From a virus (taxonomy: Duplodnaviria; Caudoviricetes): DNA of 64,000 bases. The position numbers and the translations under genes are program-made. Location: the IMG/VR virus record IMGVR_UViG_2974784921_000001, positions 4,060-68,059 of that record. One strand, 5' to 3'. This document shows positions 31,589 through 40,621 of the stretch, piece after piece (within the stretch, counting starts at the first letter, position 1; the number at the start of each line of letters is the position of its first letter). Below the pieces are notes generated by a model. It was not told the origin of the DNA. It ran no database searches and was given only the letters and a program-made list of their open reading frames with translations.

Positions 31589-32596
31589 CTACTTAGGTTC
31601 TAAAACACCACTAGCAAGCAGTTCTTGTGCTTGGCTACATACTTGGAAAGCATCACAGTAATGACAAGCTTTAGCTTTAGCAGGAATCTCTTTGATAATC
31701 CCTTTACCACCTTTACTCGCCAAGTGAGCATAAGCAGCAGATGCATCATTACCAAATACCTTACTTGCACGAGCTGATTCAGCTTTAGCAAAGTATTTGT
31801 ATTCTGGATCACCCTGCCACAATTCTTCCGCAGTACAGAACGGAAGTTCTGGTTCTGGAGTGTCTTTGTGAGCATCTAGGTGATTAGTCTTGGTTATGAT
31901 GAATTGCTCTGTTTCTGCCGGAGTCATTAGTTTAATTTCTACAGCAGTCACAGGAGACTGAGGATACTTAGGACTAGCTTTAGCTTTGTTTTCAGACCAA
32001 TCTTTAAACAGGTAGTTAATACGAGTAGTATCTTTCTTGATTTTGTCAGGGTTTAGCCAACGATAGATAGAACCTTGTAAGGCAAACTTCTCGTTATTTA
32101 CTCCCTTCTCAAATACATACGTACCTGCTGATTTAAAGTCTTCAAGCTGACCTTCAGCTAAGAAGTCAAATTGCCCTGAGATAGTGTAACCATTAATTTC
32201 CTTATTGGTTCGAACTTCCATATAAACAGGGATAGCTTTAGGGTTCTTCTCAAGGAATTCTGGTGTAGGGTCAATTACAATACGGTCACGTACTTGCTGA
32301 GGAATACCCAATTGTTCCAAACCAATGTTACGTTTGATTGGGTCTCTCCATACTTGTTCAATATTGTCATGGACTGCATGACCAATACGTGCAGCAAGTC
32401 TTCGAGTAATGTCTTCTTCAACAATGACAGTTTCACCAGCTTCACGTAGACGATTACGTAGTATCAATTGACGTACAGATTTACCCATGTCAGTTGCACT
32501 AAGAGCTTTCTTATTAAACTGAAAACCATAATTATCTGAAGCTAACCATACCGCTACAGAGAGAGGTACATTACTCTGGTTCGTTAGTCTTTTCAT
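31589..32596 (-). CDS. PD-(D/E)XK exonuclease (N4 gp42-like)
   Basis: VYMEVR...ISGQFDF...EDFKS, QGSIYRWLNP and C-terminal CHYC...C. Confidence 0.85.
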   Translation of the reverse strand: MKRLTNQSNVPLSVAVWLASDNYGFQFNKKALSATDMGKSVRQLILRNRLREAGETVIVEEDITRRLAARIGHAVHDNIEQVWRDPIKRNIGLEQLGIPQQVRDRIVIDPTPEFLEKNPKAIPVYMEVRTNKEINGYTISGQFDFLAEGQLEDFKSAGTYVFEKGVNNEKFALQGSIYRWLNPDKIKKDTTRINYLFKDWSENKAKASPKYPQSPVTAVEIKLMTPAETEQFIITKTNHLDAHKDTPEPELPFCTAEELWQGDPEYKYFAKAESARASKVFGNDASAAYAHLASKGGKGIIKEIPAKAKACHYCDAFQVCSQAQELLASGVLEPK

Positions 32597-32756
32597 CAGG
32601 GTCTCCTTCTACTACTTGAATGTTATAGAAAACAGTACCCATAGAGATACTTAGAGCTTTCTTACGTTTCTTAGCAGCATACTTGGACATAGGACCATAA
32701 CGATTAGAATCGCTTGGGTCATCTCGATTGGTTACTTGTACATAAAAGTTAATCAA
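32571..32756 (-). CDS. Hypothetical protein
   Basis: Overlapping start and stop within the operon. Confidence 0.55.
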   Translation of the reverse strand: MINFYVQVTNRDDPSDSNRYGPMSKYAAKKRKKALSISMGTVFYNIQVVEGDPDEKTNEPE

Positions 32757-33264
32757 TGTCAGACTCCTTCACGAACACGTTTGCAATCATCTTGCCCTTA
32801 CGGTCTTTGATTTCGTTGTAGGCAACTGCATAGCACTCGTATGGGTCCAAATCAAACTCAAGAGCAAGTACGTAAAGGTTTGTGTAGAACACTTGCATAG
32901 CTTCAAGGATTGCTGCATTACCTTTACCACGAGCAATAGGATGGAAAATATCACCAAATGAAGATACGTAATCCATAATTACTACTTCTTCTGGTTCATC
33001 ACTTTTCTCATTAGGTAGTTCAGTAATTACATCAGCAGGGTTGTAACTGATTTGCTGAATCATGCAGTTAAGCACAACCATAGAGTCACCAATACCGTCT
33101 ACCAGTTCTGATACCTTACCATCACGAATTGCACTACATACTTCAGACATAGCTTCTTCAGCCAGTTTACCGAACTGATGGACAATTGTTGAACCACTAA
33201 CCGTATCGCGGTCTTGATGCCAGTCTGCTACTGCTTTATTTAATACAATGTACTTATTAGTCAT
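32749..33264 (-). CDS. MazG-like nucleotide pyrophosphohydrolase
   Basis: KLAEE..E...DGIGD acidic motif and AYNEIKDRKGKM..VFVKE C-terminus. Confidence 0.85.
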   Translation of the reverse strand: MTNKYIVLNKAVADWHQDRDTVSGSTIVHQFGKLAEEAMSEVCSAIRDGKVSELVDGIGDSMVVLNCMIQQISYNPADVITELPNEKSDEPEEVVIMDYVSSFGDIFHPIARGKGNAAILEAMQVFYTNLYVLALEFDLDPYECYAVAYNEIKDRKGKMIANVFVKESDID

Positions 33265-33374
33265 TCACTTATTACTCCTTTGTGTTAGTATTCGTGAGTC
33301 ATCGATATTTATTTTATTAACCAATTTCATTGGTGTAACGGACTCTCCCGATTATTGGTTGAGTCCTTTTTTTT

Positions 33375-34172
33375 TTACTTCTTTAGTGATTGAATTACTT
33401 TACGTACTTCTTCCCAATCTTCAGTAGGAATGGTTAATTGCATTCCACCTTCAACTGGTTCAGGAACAATAGTAGCTAATTTAGATACTACTGATTTACC
33501 CATAGATGGACGATACATCCCTGTATCTTTATGGGTTACCTTTTGTTTAGGTGTATTGTTTAGCTGTCTTAGTGCAGCAGCTTCACCAATGGTTTGAACC
33601 AAGGTAGGAGAAATTCTTCCTTCCATGATTGCATCAATGATTTTCTGGTCAAAGGATAAAAGCTTAATACAGTTATTGATGGTTTGCTCTGATGCTTGCA
33701 TCTCAATAGCAATCTCAGGAACGGTTAAGCCTAGAGCTAACATACGCTTATAACCACGTCCACGTTCTACAGCATTATTCTGACGACCTTCCTTCTTCAT
33801 CCGTAGCTTGAGTTGTTCAAGGGGTGAGGTAAGTTGTACCTCAGTTACCTTGATTCTACGGATACCAGTCTTATGGGTCTTATTGGCTTCCAGAGCTGCG
33901 TAGTAACGGTGTTCTCCATCTTCGATGTAGATTTCACCTTTCTCTACTGTAACGTCCAGAGCAGGGAACATGAGCTTATTGCCGGTATCAGGATTGTTAA
34001 CTTGGTTATGCATTTCGAGTGCATAGCGTTTAACAGTCTCTAGACCAACACCGGATAGAGGGTCACGTACATTGGCTCCCTTACGAATACGTAACTTGTC
34101 CAATGGGACATAGTATTCTTTGTTAACCTGTACTCCTGACTCCTTATCCTTTTGGAGTTTGTTTAATGACAT
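33375..34172 (-). CDS. ParB-like domain protein with HTH
   Basis: NVR, FPALDV, IEDGEHRYYAA (ParB GxxR box) and an HTH-like LTVPEIAIEMQASEQTI. Confidence 0.8.
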   Translation of the reverse strand: MSLNKLQKDKESGVQVNKEYYVPLDKLRIRKGANVRDPLSGVGLETVKRYALEMHNQVNNPDTGNKLMFPALDVTVEKGEIYIEDGEHRYYAALEANKTHKTGIRRIKVTEVQLTSPLEQLKLRMKKEGRQNNAVERGRGYKRMLALGLTVPEIAIEMQASEQTINNCIKLLSFDQKIIDAIMEGRISPTLVQTIGEAAALRQLNNTPKQKVTHKDTGMYRPSMGKSVVSKLATIVPEPVEGGMQLTIPTEDWEEVRKVIQSLKK

Positions 34173-34768
34173 ATATCACCTTGGTTAAATTGATGTGTCT
34201 CTGGCAGAGTTATTCGATACATAACACGGTGGACATCTTCACTAACAGGAAGGCTTTCATGGATAAAATGGTTATTACCGTAGTAAACCTTCCCTGCCTC
34301 TAATTTGAATGGTTCACCTAGTGCAATGTGTGAGCAATCTCCACCAACATTAGGTAGAGCATCATAAGAACCTACCCAACCAATAGCAGACTGGAAATTA
34401 GTTACTAATATAATTCCACCTAGTTCACTGTTGTACTGCCTATCATGTAGTGCTGTATTGATTGCAGGACCATTCTCACCTACTTTCCAGCCACCATTTC
34501 CATTACCAAAAGTCATGTGGAATGGTTCATAATTGCCATCAGTATGTGGTCCACCTCTTCGTAGAGTTTTAGATTTACGTAGATATTTCCCATGGGCAGT
34601 GAAGTAAGCAACACCTTTGGAGGTAACTCCTTTTAACATATCCTTAGCAATAGAAATAAATTGCTCAGGGAGTCCTTCAAGAGTTTCTACATTAAAGGGA
34701 ATCATAGATACCTCACCTTCAAAGTGAGGTACTGAGATATTATTTAAAACTGTGCATTTACTTTCCAT
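34163..34768 (-). CDS. 2OG-Fe(II) dioxygenase-like protein
   Basis: HxD (PHTDG), distal H (IHESLP) and RxxxR (HRVMYRI). Confidence 0.7.
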   Translation of the reverse strand: MESKCTVLNNISVPHFEGEVSMIPFNVETLEGLPEQFISIAKDMLKGVTSKGVAYFTAHGKYLRKSKTLRRGGPHTDGNYEPFHMTFGNGNGGWKVGENGPAINTALHDRQYNSELGGIILVTNFQSAIGWVGSYDALPNVGGDCSHIALGEPFKLEAGKVYYGNNHFIHESLPVSEDVHRVMYRITLPETHQFNQGDICH

Positions 34769-34774
34769 AGTAAA

Positions 34775-35107
34775 TTACCTTGGATAAATTAGAGTGATTG
34801 GTTCACCATTCTTATCAGCAGAATAGAGACCAAGTACACTTGAGTATTGTGTTTGAATGCAGTACAGGTCTCCGTCAGGAGACTTACAATAATTCCTTCC
34901 TGCATGTCCAAAATTATTTGGGATTTGTTCTAATCCCATTTCTTTGATTTTCAGTTTAAGTAGTTCACGTACACATGCTTCACAGCTAACCATGTAAGCA
35001 TGTACTGCTGATGTACCATCCGTATCACCACAAATGGCTTGACTCTTGGATGGTTTACCTAGTCTTGCTGTACGGTCTTTACCTTTTTCTAGGTAGTGAA
35101 TTTTCAT
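34775..35107 (-). CDS. Hypothetical protein (Cys-containing)
   Basis: AICG...SCEAC; ATGA overlap with the upstream gene. Confidence 0.6.
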   Translation of the reverse strand: MKIHYLEKGKDRTARLGKPSKSQAICGDTDGTSAVHAYMVSCEACVRELLKLKIKEMGLEQIPNNFGHAGRNYCKSPDGDLYCIQTQYSSVLGLYSADKNGEPITLIYPR

Positions 35108-35301
35108 AAGCCACCTGCATTTTTTAAGCCTTGGTGTATTGTTTTATCTGTATCACAGACATTGAAATACACGGTCTGCATATTAGATAAATGGAACCAA
35201 CAGAGAGATGATGATTCAGAATCGTATCCTCTCTGTTGAACTACAAACTTACCTTTGGCTAATTCATTGATTACAGCAGCTATCTGTTCTGGTGTTCTCA
35301 T
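35104..35301 (-). CDS. Hypothetical protein
   Basis: Starts at AAGGAATAACCAATG. Confidence 0.65.
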   Translation of the reverse strand: MRTPEQIAAVINELAKGKFVVQQRGYDSESSSLCWFHLSNMQTVYFNVCDTDKTIHQGLKNAGGL

Positions 35302-35304
35302 TGG

Positions 35305-35550
35305 TTATTCCTTAAAATGTTTGAGTAACTTACAAGCTAATTCAGATAATGGCTCAATATTATCCTGCACACATTTATGGTGTTTACGTACTTGTAGAAG
35401 TAACTCTTGTTCTTCCGTCTTTACTTCAAATTGTTCAAATACAAAATCAGAAATATTATCTGAATTTCTGATAGCTGATTCTTCAATTTCCATGATGCCG
35501 TGTACTAGCTTCTCTAGAGCATCCAACTCAAATTGGGATAATTTACTCAT
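35305..35550 (-). CDS. Hypothetical protein
   Basis: Starts at CAGGAAATAACCAATG. Confidence 0.65.
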   Translation of the reverse strand: MSKLSQFELDALEKLVHGIMEIEESAIRNSDNISDFVFEQFEVKTEEQELLLQVRKHHKCVQDNIEPLSELACKLLKHFKE

Positions 35551-35695
35551 TGGTTATTTCCTGAATGTGCCTGTAGATACGTTGCTTTGCTTTGCGTAAT
35601 TGTTTCTTAGTTGGCTTAACATCAAAGCAAACAGTTACCCCTTGGATAGTAAGACTCCAGAGGTACGTGTAACTATGGTAGTAGGTTAGGGTCAT
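35543..35695 (-). CDS. 50 aa hypothetical protein (not in ORF track)
   Basis: Starts at AAGGAAATAACCAATG; MTLTYYHSYTYLWSL...KPTKKQLRKAK...EITNE; fills the gap exactly. Confidence 0.65.
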   Translation of the reverse strand: MTLTYYHSYTYLWSLTIQGVTVCFDVKPTKKQLRKAKQRIYRHIQEITNE

Positions 35696-35933
35696 TGGTT
35701 ATTTCCTTTGGTTTATTTATCTTAGTGAAGCATCCAGAATCGTAGGTATTTACCGTTCTTTCTTTAGGTGGATGTCCATTAGAATTAAGAAGTACTTGAA
35801 CTTTTACTAAAGGATTTAATTTACGATTAGTGACAGAACATCTGCCTCTTTTGGTTACCTCAAGGACAATTCCTTTCCATCTGGCGTTGTAGTTGGACTG
35901 AACATAATCACCAACTCTGAATTTATTCTTCAT
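35673..35933 (-). CDS. Hypothetical protein, SH3/KOW-like
   Basis: FRVGDYV...WKGIVLEV pattern; junction-motif start. Confidence 0.65.
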   Translation of the reverse strand: MKNKFRVGDYVQSNYNARWKGIVLEVTKRGRCSVTNRKLNPLVKVQVLLNSNGHPPKERTVNTYDSGCFTKINKPKEITNDPNLLP

Positions 35934-35944
35934 TGGTTATTTCC

Positions 35945-36193
35945 TTAATCTTTTAGGTCACCAAAGTAACCTGCACTAAAGCCATCAGGATAATCATCCC
36001 AGTTATCATGGATAGTATTAACAAGTTCAATTAACCAAGGATGGCCACCATTAGCATTACTTAACCCTGCTTCTATAGGTGATAAAGCAGTAGTGTTTCC
36101 GTTTTCCTTGGTTTTACTTAAATACCATCCAGACTTGTCGGCATAGATGTTTAACCAGACTTTATGAGTCTGGATGTATATTTGTTTAATCAT
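35945..36193 (-). CDS. Hypothetical protein
   Basis: Starts at GGGAGTAACCAATG. Confidence 0.65.
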   Translation of the reverse strand: MIKQIYIQTHKVWLNIYADKSGWYLSKTKENGNTTALSPIEAGLSNANGGHPWLIELVNTIHDNWDDYPDGFSAGYFGDLKD

Positions 36194-36196
36194 TGG

Positions 36197-36556
36197 TTAC
36201 TCCCAATCACTAGGGATAGTGAATTTAACTTCTTCTATTTCTTCAACCATAAACCATGAAGGTTTAATGTTGTGTTTCTCAGACCAAGCTAAAATGACTT
36301 TTACTAGGTCTTCTTTCTGAGATTCAGTAACATTGTCAAGATAGTCTTCAGCCCATTCCCCACCTGTTTCATAAGCAGATTCAGACATCTGCTCTAGGAA
36401 CTGGTCAACACACAAGAATTGAGCAAAACTCTGCTCTTTGACTATTCCTTTATAAAGCTTAACTTCCTTAGTGTTCTTACGTTCTTCTTCGCCCATATCA
36501 TCTAGGATTTGTTGAGCAACTTCTTTAGCATTGAAATACACTTCGTTATGTTTCAT
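36197..36556 (-). CDS. Acidic hypothetical protein
   Basis: Starts at AAGGAAATAACCAATG right after the polymerase stop. Confidence 0.7.
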   Translation of the reverse strand: MKHNEVYFNAKEVAQQILDDMGEEERKNTKEVKLYKGIVKEQSFAQFLCVDQFLEQMSESAYETGGEWAEDYLDNVTESQKEDLVKVILAWSEKHNIKPSWFMVEEIEEVKFTIPSDWE

Positions 36557-36559
36557 TGG

Positions 36560-39184
36560 TTATTTCCTTAACTTAGATTGATACTTAGTGAATCCTTCCT
36601 TACACACAGCTTTTACTTCAGCTACATCTGCATCAGGATTCTTGATGGTTATCTCGTTATGCCATGCTGGATAGAACACACCTAACTCACCGCCAAGGAT
36701 AATGTCAGGGTCTTGTAACTCAGGTAGGTCTTGCCATGAAGCAAGGTCAGTCATCTTACGGTTTAACCAAGTAAGTAATTCTGCACTTTCACGAATGACC
36801 AGATAGTTAGCATCATGGATTTGTGCTGAAGGTAAGATGTCGTAGATATACGATGAATCCAATACAGCTTCCTGTAGCTTGAATCCTAGCCTTGAATTGA
36901 GTAAGCCATACGATTGACCTGATATTGCATTACCTGCACTCCTACGCTCCTGTGAGGCTGCATTAGGGGTATAGGATGAACCAAGAATAGTCTTAGACAA
37001 TACTGGTGTACGTAGTCTTAACCCAAAGGCTAATGTTGCATAACCTTTTTTACTGGCTTCCTTAATCTTGTCATCTAACCACTCATATGAAGCTTTGAAC
37101 ATATTTAAGTATCGCTGCTCAGTAACCAATGCTTCATCTACAGGGAAACCACAGTTCTTCACTAGAGTGAATGCAGTACCTAAGTATTGGAGAGCAAAGT
37201 GAGGTGCTTTAGCATCACTACGTTTATCATGACTCTTGAGGGAGTTGATACTATCAGGACACTCTGGGTCAATGTCAGGAAACAGTTCAGGCCAAAAGTG
37301 ATAACAACGGTAACTGTGACCGTCAAACCCTTTGAGACGGATTTTTCTCTTGGCGGGGTCTTTGGTTAGAAGGATATTAATATTATCCTCAAGACTATTG
37401 AAATCGAGTCCTACAAATAACCATCCGGGAGGAGCTTGGAAACATGACTTAACCAACTTACCGTAAGTACTACCACTAGGTAAGTTTTGGAGGTTAGGGT
37501 CACTACTAGACAATCTACCAGAGATAGTTCCACCAAACTTGAAACAACCAAATAACCAGTACCAACCGTCATCATCTCTTTCAGCATCTAAGAACTTAGA
37601 AATGAAAGTAGATACAATCTTCTTCCCTTCCTCAATCTTCAAGATTGCTTTGATAATGTTTCGGTGTTCTTTGTTACTGGTTCGCTTCATGTGACCTTTA
37701 AGCTCATCACCACCAGTAGCAGGTAGACCTGAAGGAGTTCGAGATACTACTTCAAAACCAAGATAGTCATGTAACAGTTCTGCTACTTGCTGACCTGAAC
37801 CAGAATTGAATTCATACTTGGCTTCATCAATACCAATCACTTTCTTCTTGTAAGCTGCATTACGTTCAATAACTTCTTGCTCTTTCTTACGCTGAACAAA
37901 TTTCTTGATAGTCTTAGTATTAAGCAGATACTTCTCATACCGGTTGATAATACTAGATAGCTTACGATTAACCTGAATAACCCTATCCATGTTCAATGGC
38001 ATACCAGTTAATTCCATCTGGATAATATTCCGTAGGATTGGTTTAGCCATAGTCTCATAGAAATTGAGTTGCTCATCTTTAACCATGATTGGGTAGTTCT
38101 TGTTGTACACAAAGTAGGTACTCAAACAGTCAATCAGGTTATAGATAAGAATCTTTCGAGTAGGTTGCTTGGTTATGTCTTTAACATCCACTGCATAGTT
38201 ACCAGCAAACTCTTGAGCTTGGTCTTTAAGACTGAGTTCATTACCAGCAGTAGAGTTAGTGGCTAAATAGGTAATAGCCTGAGTACAATCGAAGTCTCTG
38301 GTTAAAACTTTCAAACCTTTAATAAGGTTTTCAGTATCTTTCAGGTGAGTCATCCATAAGGTACGGATGAGTACTTTGATATCATAAGTAGCATTGTGAT
38401 ACTTGATGTTACCCTTGTAGGTTTCAAGGAAGAATTTAATCTCCCGCATAACCATGGCTACAGTATAATCGTCAGACTGTCTTGCACCTAGGGTATAGCC
38501 AGTAGTTTTCCTGCCATGGTCAACATCAATACAGATACCTTCATGCTCAGACCATGCAAAGCCAATAGTACCTAATCCGGCTCTGTTAGCCTTCAGGTTG
38601 AACGTTTCGGTATCAAGTGTTATGGATGGATGCTTACGTAGCTTAAACAGTGCTTGACGTACTTTGAGGACGTTACATGGGACATAGGTAGCATTATGGA
38701 TAATACCTTTACCCACCTCTTGGTATGTACCACAAAACTCATTAACTAAAGCGTTGATGGATAGGTCTATCTTATCTAGTACCTTGTCATCATAGAATGC
38801 TGCTTGATAGTTAGGTACAAGAGTTACCTTCATGTTGGTATAGCCTTTGTACTTACAATCCAGTACATAACCATAGTAACCATCACCCTTATTCACACCG
38901 GCTAACTTCTTAAAGTAATTAACATCTGCTACAAGCAAATGCTTTACTCCTCTGTCCTCAAGGTATTGCAGTAGATGGTCTAGATATGGCTCAATCACTG
39001 CTTTAACAGGAGCTTTACCATTCTCATAATGAAGTTCAAAACCCATTACCTTCTCAACACCTTGGTTAAGTAGTTTCGAAAAGTAGTGGTTGTGTAGGTC
39101 GGTCTTATTGAATGCGGAGTTCTTGATTAGGATAGCTACATCGTATTGTGGCTTAAGAGGTTCTTCAAATAGGATGTAATTCAT
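36560..39184 (-). CDS. DNA polymerase, family A (N4 gp39-like)
   Basis: Exo LDTET/HNATYD, TISGRLSSSDPNLQNLP, motif A DFNSLE, motif B RSDAKAPHFALQY, motif C QIHDA. Confidence 0.96.
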   Translation of the reverse strand: MNYILFEEPLKPQYDVAILIKNSAFNKTDLHNHYFSKLLNQGVEKVMGFELHYENGKAPVKAVIEPYLDHLLQYLEDRGVKHLLVADVNYFKKLAGVNKGDGYYGYVLDCKYKGYTNMKVTLVPNYQAAFYDDKVLDKIDLSINALVNEFCGTYQEVGKGIIHNATYVPCNVLKVRQALFKLRKHPSITLDTETFNLKANRAGLGTIGFAWSEHEGICIDVDHGRKTTGYTLGARQSDDYTVAMVMREIKFFLETYKGNIKYHNATYDIKVLIRTLWMTHLKDTENLIKGLKVLTRDFDCTQAITYLATNSTAGNELSLKDQAQEFAGNYAVDVKDITKQPTRKILIYNLIDCLSTYFVYNKNYPIMVKDEQLNFYETMAKPILRNIIQMELTGMPLNMDRVIQVNRKLSSIINRYEKYLLNTKTIKKFVQRKKEQEVIERNAAYKKKVIGIDEAKYEFNSGSGQQVAELLHDYLGFEVVSRTPSGLPATGGDELKGHMKRTSNKEHRNIIKAILKIEEGKKIVSTFISKFLDAERDDDGWYWLFGCFKFGGTISGRLSSSDPNLQNLPSGSTYGKLVKSCFQAPPGWLFVGLDFNSLEDNINILLTKDPAKRKIRLKGFDGHSYRCYHFWPELFPDIDPECPDSINSLKSHDKRSDAKAPHFALQYLGTAFTLVKNCGFPVDEALVTEQRYLNMFKASYEWLDDKIKEASKKGYATLAFGLRLRTPVLSKTILGSSYTPNAASQERRSAGNAISGQSYGLLNSRLGFKLQEAVLDSSYIYDILPSAQIHDANYLVIRESAELLTWLNRKMTDLASWQDLPELQDPDIILGGELGVFYPAWHNEITIKNPDADVAEVKAVCKEGFTKYQSKLRK

Positions 39185-39444
39185 TAGTTCTCCATTGGTT
39201 TTTCTAAAATGATTTTGTAATGGTCAGGCATAAATAACCACTCCCATATGTCAAAATCCGTATGACCTTTTGCTATTAAATAAGCAAGGTCAGGATTATC
39301 TTTAAGTTCCGCATAACCATCAGTATTAGTTATTAAGGTTAACCTTTTACTTTGTTTAAAATTATTAAGGTATTCTTGAGTAACAGTAGAAGGAAAACTA
39401 TCCACTGAAGCATCAGGAAGCAACTCTACATACAGCTTACGCAT
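39184..39444 (-). CDS. Small paralog family member (YKIILEKPMEN)
   Basis: DNPDL and the C-terminal family motif. Confidence 0.7.
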   Translation of the reverse strand: MRKLYVELLPDASVDSFPSTVTQEYLNNFKQSKRLTLITNTDGYAELKDNPDLAYLIAKGHTDFDIWEWLFMPDHYKIILEKPMEN

Positions 39445-39691
39445 TACTACCTCCTAGTGGTTTTTCTAGGATAATGTCGTACTCATTAGGACTAAGCACA
39501 TACTTATTATGGCTATAGTTTTTAAGGTACTTGACTAAAAAAGGATTGTCGTCAGTACTTACATGCCCATTGACGTTTGCAATAACAGTTATTGTTTTGC
39601 CGTACAGCTCCCGTATAGTTACTCTTAAATGATTACCACGGTGAATGGAATTACCTACCTTAATAACTAGTTTACGTTTACGTCTAGCCAT
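39437..39691 (-). CDS. Small paralog family member (YDIILEKPL)
   Basis: KLVIKV, ELYGKTITV, TDDNPFL. Confidence 0.7.
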   Translation of the reverse strand: MARRKRKLVIKVGNSIHRGNHLRVTIRELYGKTITVIANVNGHVSTDDNPFLVKYLKNYSHNKYVLSPNEYDIILEKPLGGSNA

Positions 39692-39941
39692 CGTTAACCT
39701 CCATAGGCTTTTCTAGGATTATTTCATACTCTTCACTAAATAAAATAACAATAAATTTTTTTCTTGCTCCTGTTTTTGTAACATACTTTCTTAATTGGGG
39801 ATTATCTGCTAAACAAACTGAGCCTTTATTAAGTATTACTTTTAGTTCTTGACCTTTAACCTCTTCTAGAGATTTATCAAGGTAGACAGTACCGCAAACA
39901 ATCTTGTCATTTACTCTGATTACTGCTTTGGTTTTAGACAT
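39684..39941 (-). CDS. Small paralog family member (YEIILEKPME)
   Basis: KAVIRV, ADNPQL. Confidence 0.7.
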   Translation of the reverse strand: MSKTKAVIRVNDKIVCGTVYLDKSLEEVKGQELKVILNKGSVCLADNPQLRKYVTKTGARKKFIVILFSEEYEIILEKPMEVNDG

Positions 39942-40389
39942 ACATTTCCTTCTTAATAAGCATCTTGTTAATCAAGTCAAACTTGTCTTGGTTAGAAGCA
40001 ATTATCTCTTTAACACTTTCAGGAATAACGTACTCATTTTGACCTGAGTGGATGTTAGTATTGGCAAAGATAATTACAGCCAGTTCTTCAGGTTCCTCAA
40101 CACAGTTGGCTAAGTAACGTAGTGCTTCTGCTACCTGAGCTTTCTCCTTCATGATGTTGTACACACGAAGTACATCATTTTTCAGCTCTTTGGTTACAGT
40201 ATCTTCAGGTACAACAATTGGACAATCATTGATTTCTGAAGTGTATACAGCAGTTATGTCTCTGAAGATAAGTAGATTACCTACAATGGCTGTACCTGTG
40301 GCTACCTCAGTTAAACAAGCTTTAGCTTTGTCTAATCTACTATCAAATAAGAGTTTGATTATTCCTTCACTAAACTGTGATTTTGTCAT
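39934..40389 (-). CDS. Hypothetical protein (position of N4 gp38)
   Basis: Lies between helicase and polymerase; assignment by synteny only. Confidence 0.55.
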   Translation of the reverse strand: MTKSQFSEGIIKLLFDSRLDKAKACLTEVATGTAIVGNLLIFRDITAVYTSEINDCPIVVPEDTVTKELKNDVLRVYNIMKEKAQVAEALRYLANCVEEPEELAVIIFANTNIHSGQNEYVIPESVKEIIASNQDKFDLINKMLIKKEMYV

Positions 40390-40621
40390 CGGTGATTTCC
40401 TTGGTTACTACAAGAATATATCTTGGGTTATCTTTGATAGATAAATGATTGTGGATGTAGAATCCACTTTCATATTCTTCAGAGGAAATGGTAACTACTG
40501 GTAAATTTTCAACTTGCCTAGCAATCCAGTCGGCTAATTCAGAATCCCCACATGTACCCATATATTCTTCAGAATAGTCATATCTCTCATTACGTACATT
40601 AAACACAGTATTTATATTCAT
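40370..40621 (-). CDS. Hypothetical protein
   Basis: ATGA overlap with the helicase; ends DNPRYILVVTKE (possible distant paralog). Confidence 0.6.
   Translation of the reverse strand: MNINTVFNVRNERYDYSEEYMGTCGDSELADWIARQVENLPVVTISSEEYESGFYIHNHLSIKDNPRYILVVTKEITDDKITV

Noticed and set aside
31589-32596. Cas4-like nuclease as evidence of a CRISPR system
   Set aside because: It is the syntenic N4 gp42-like replication nuclease; no array is present.
33375-34172. ParB-like gene as evidence of a plasmid-prophage lifestyle
   Set aside because: No ParA, parS-like repeats, repressor switch or integrase seen; the backbone is that of a lytic N4-like phage.
35299-36570. Regularly recurring 15-nt repeats as a CRISPR array or integron attC sites
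   Set aside because: Repeats are short and non-palindromic, separated by whole ORFs of variable length; no cas or integrase gene. Kept only as a junction motif.
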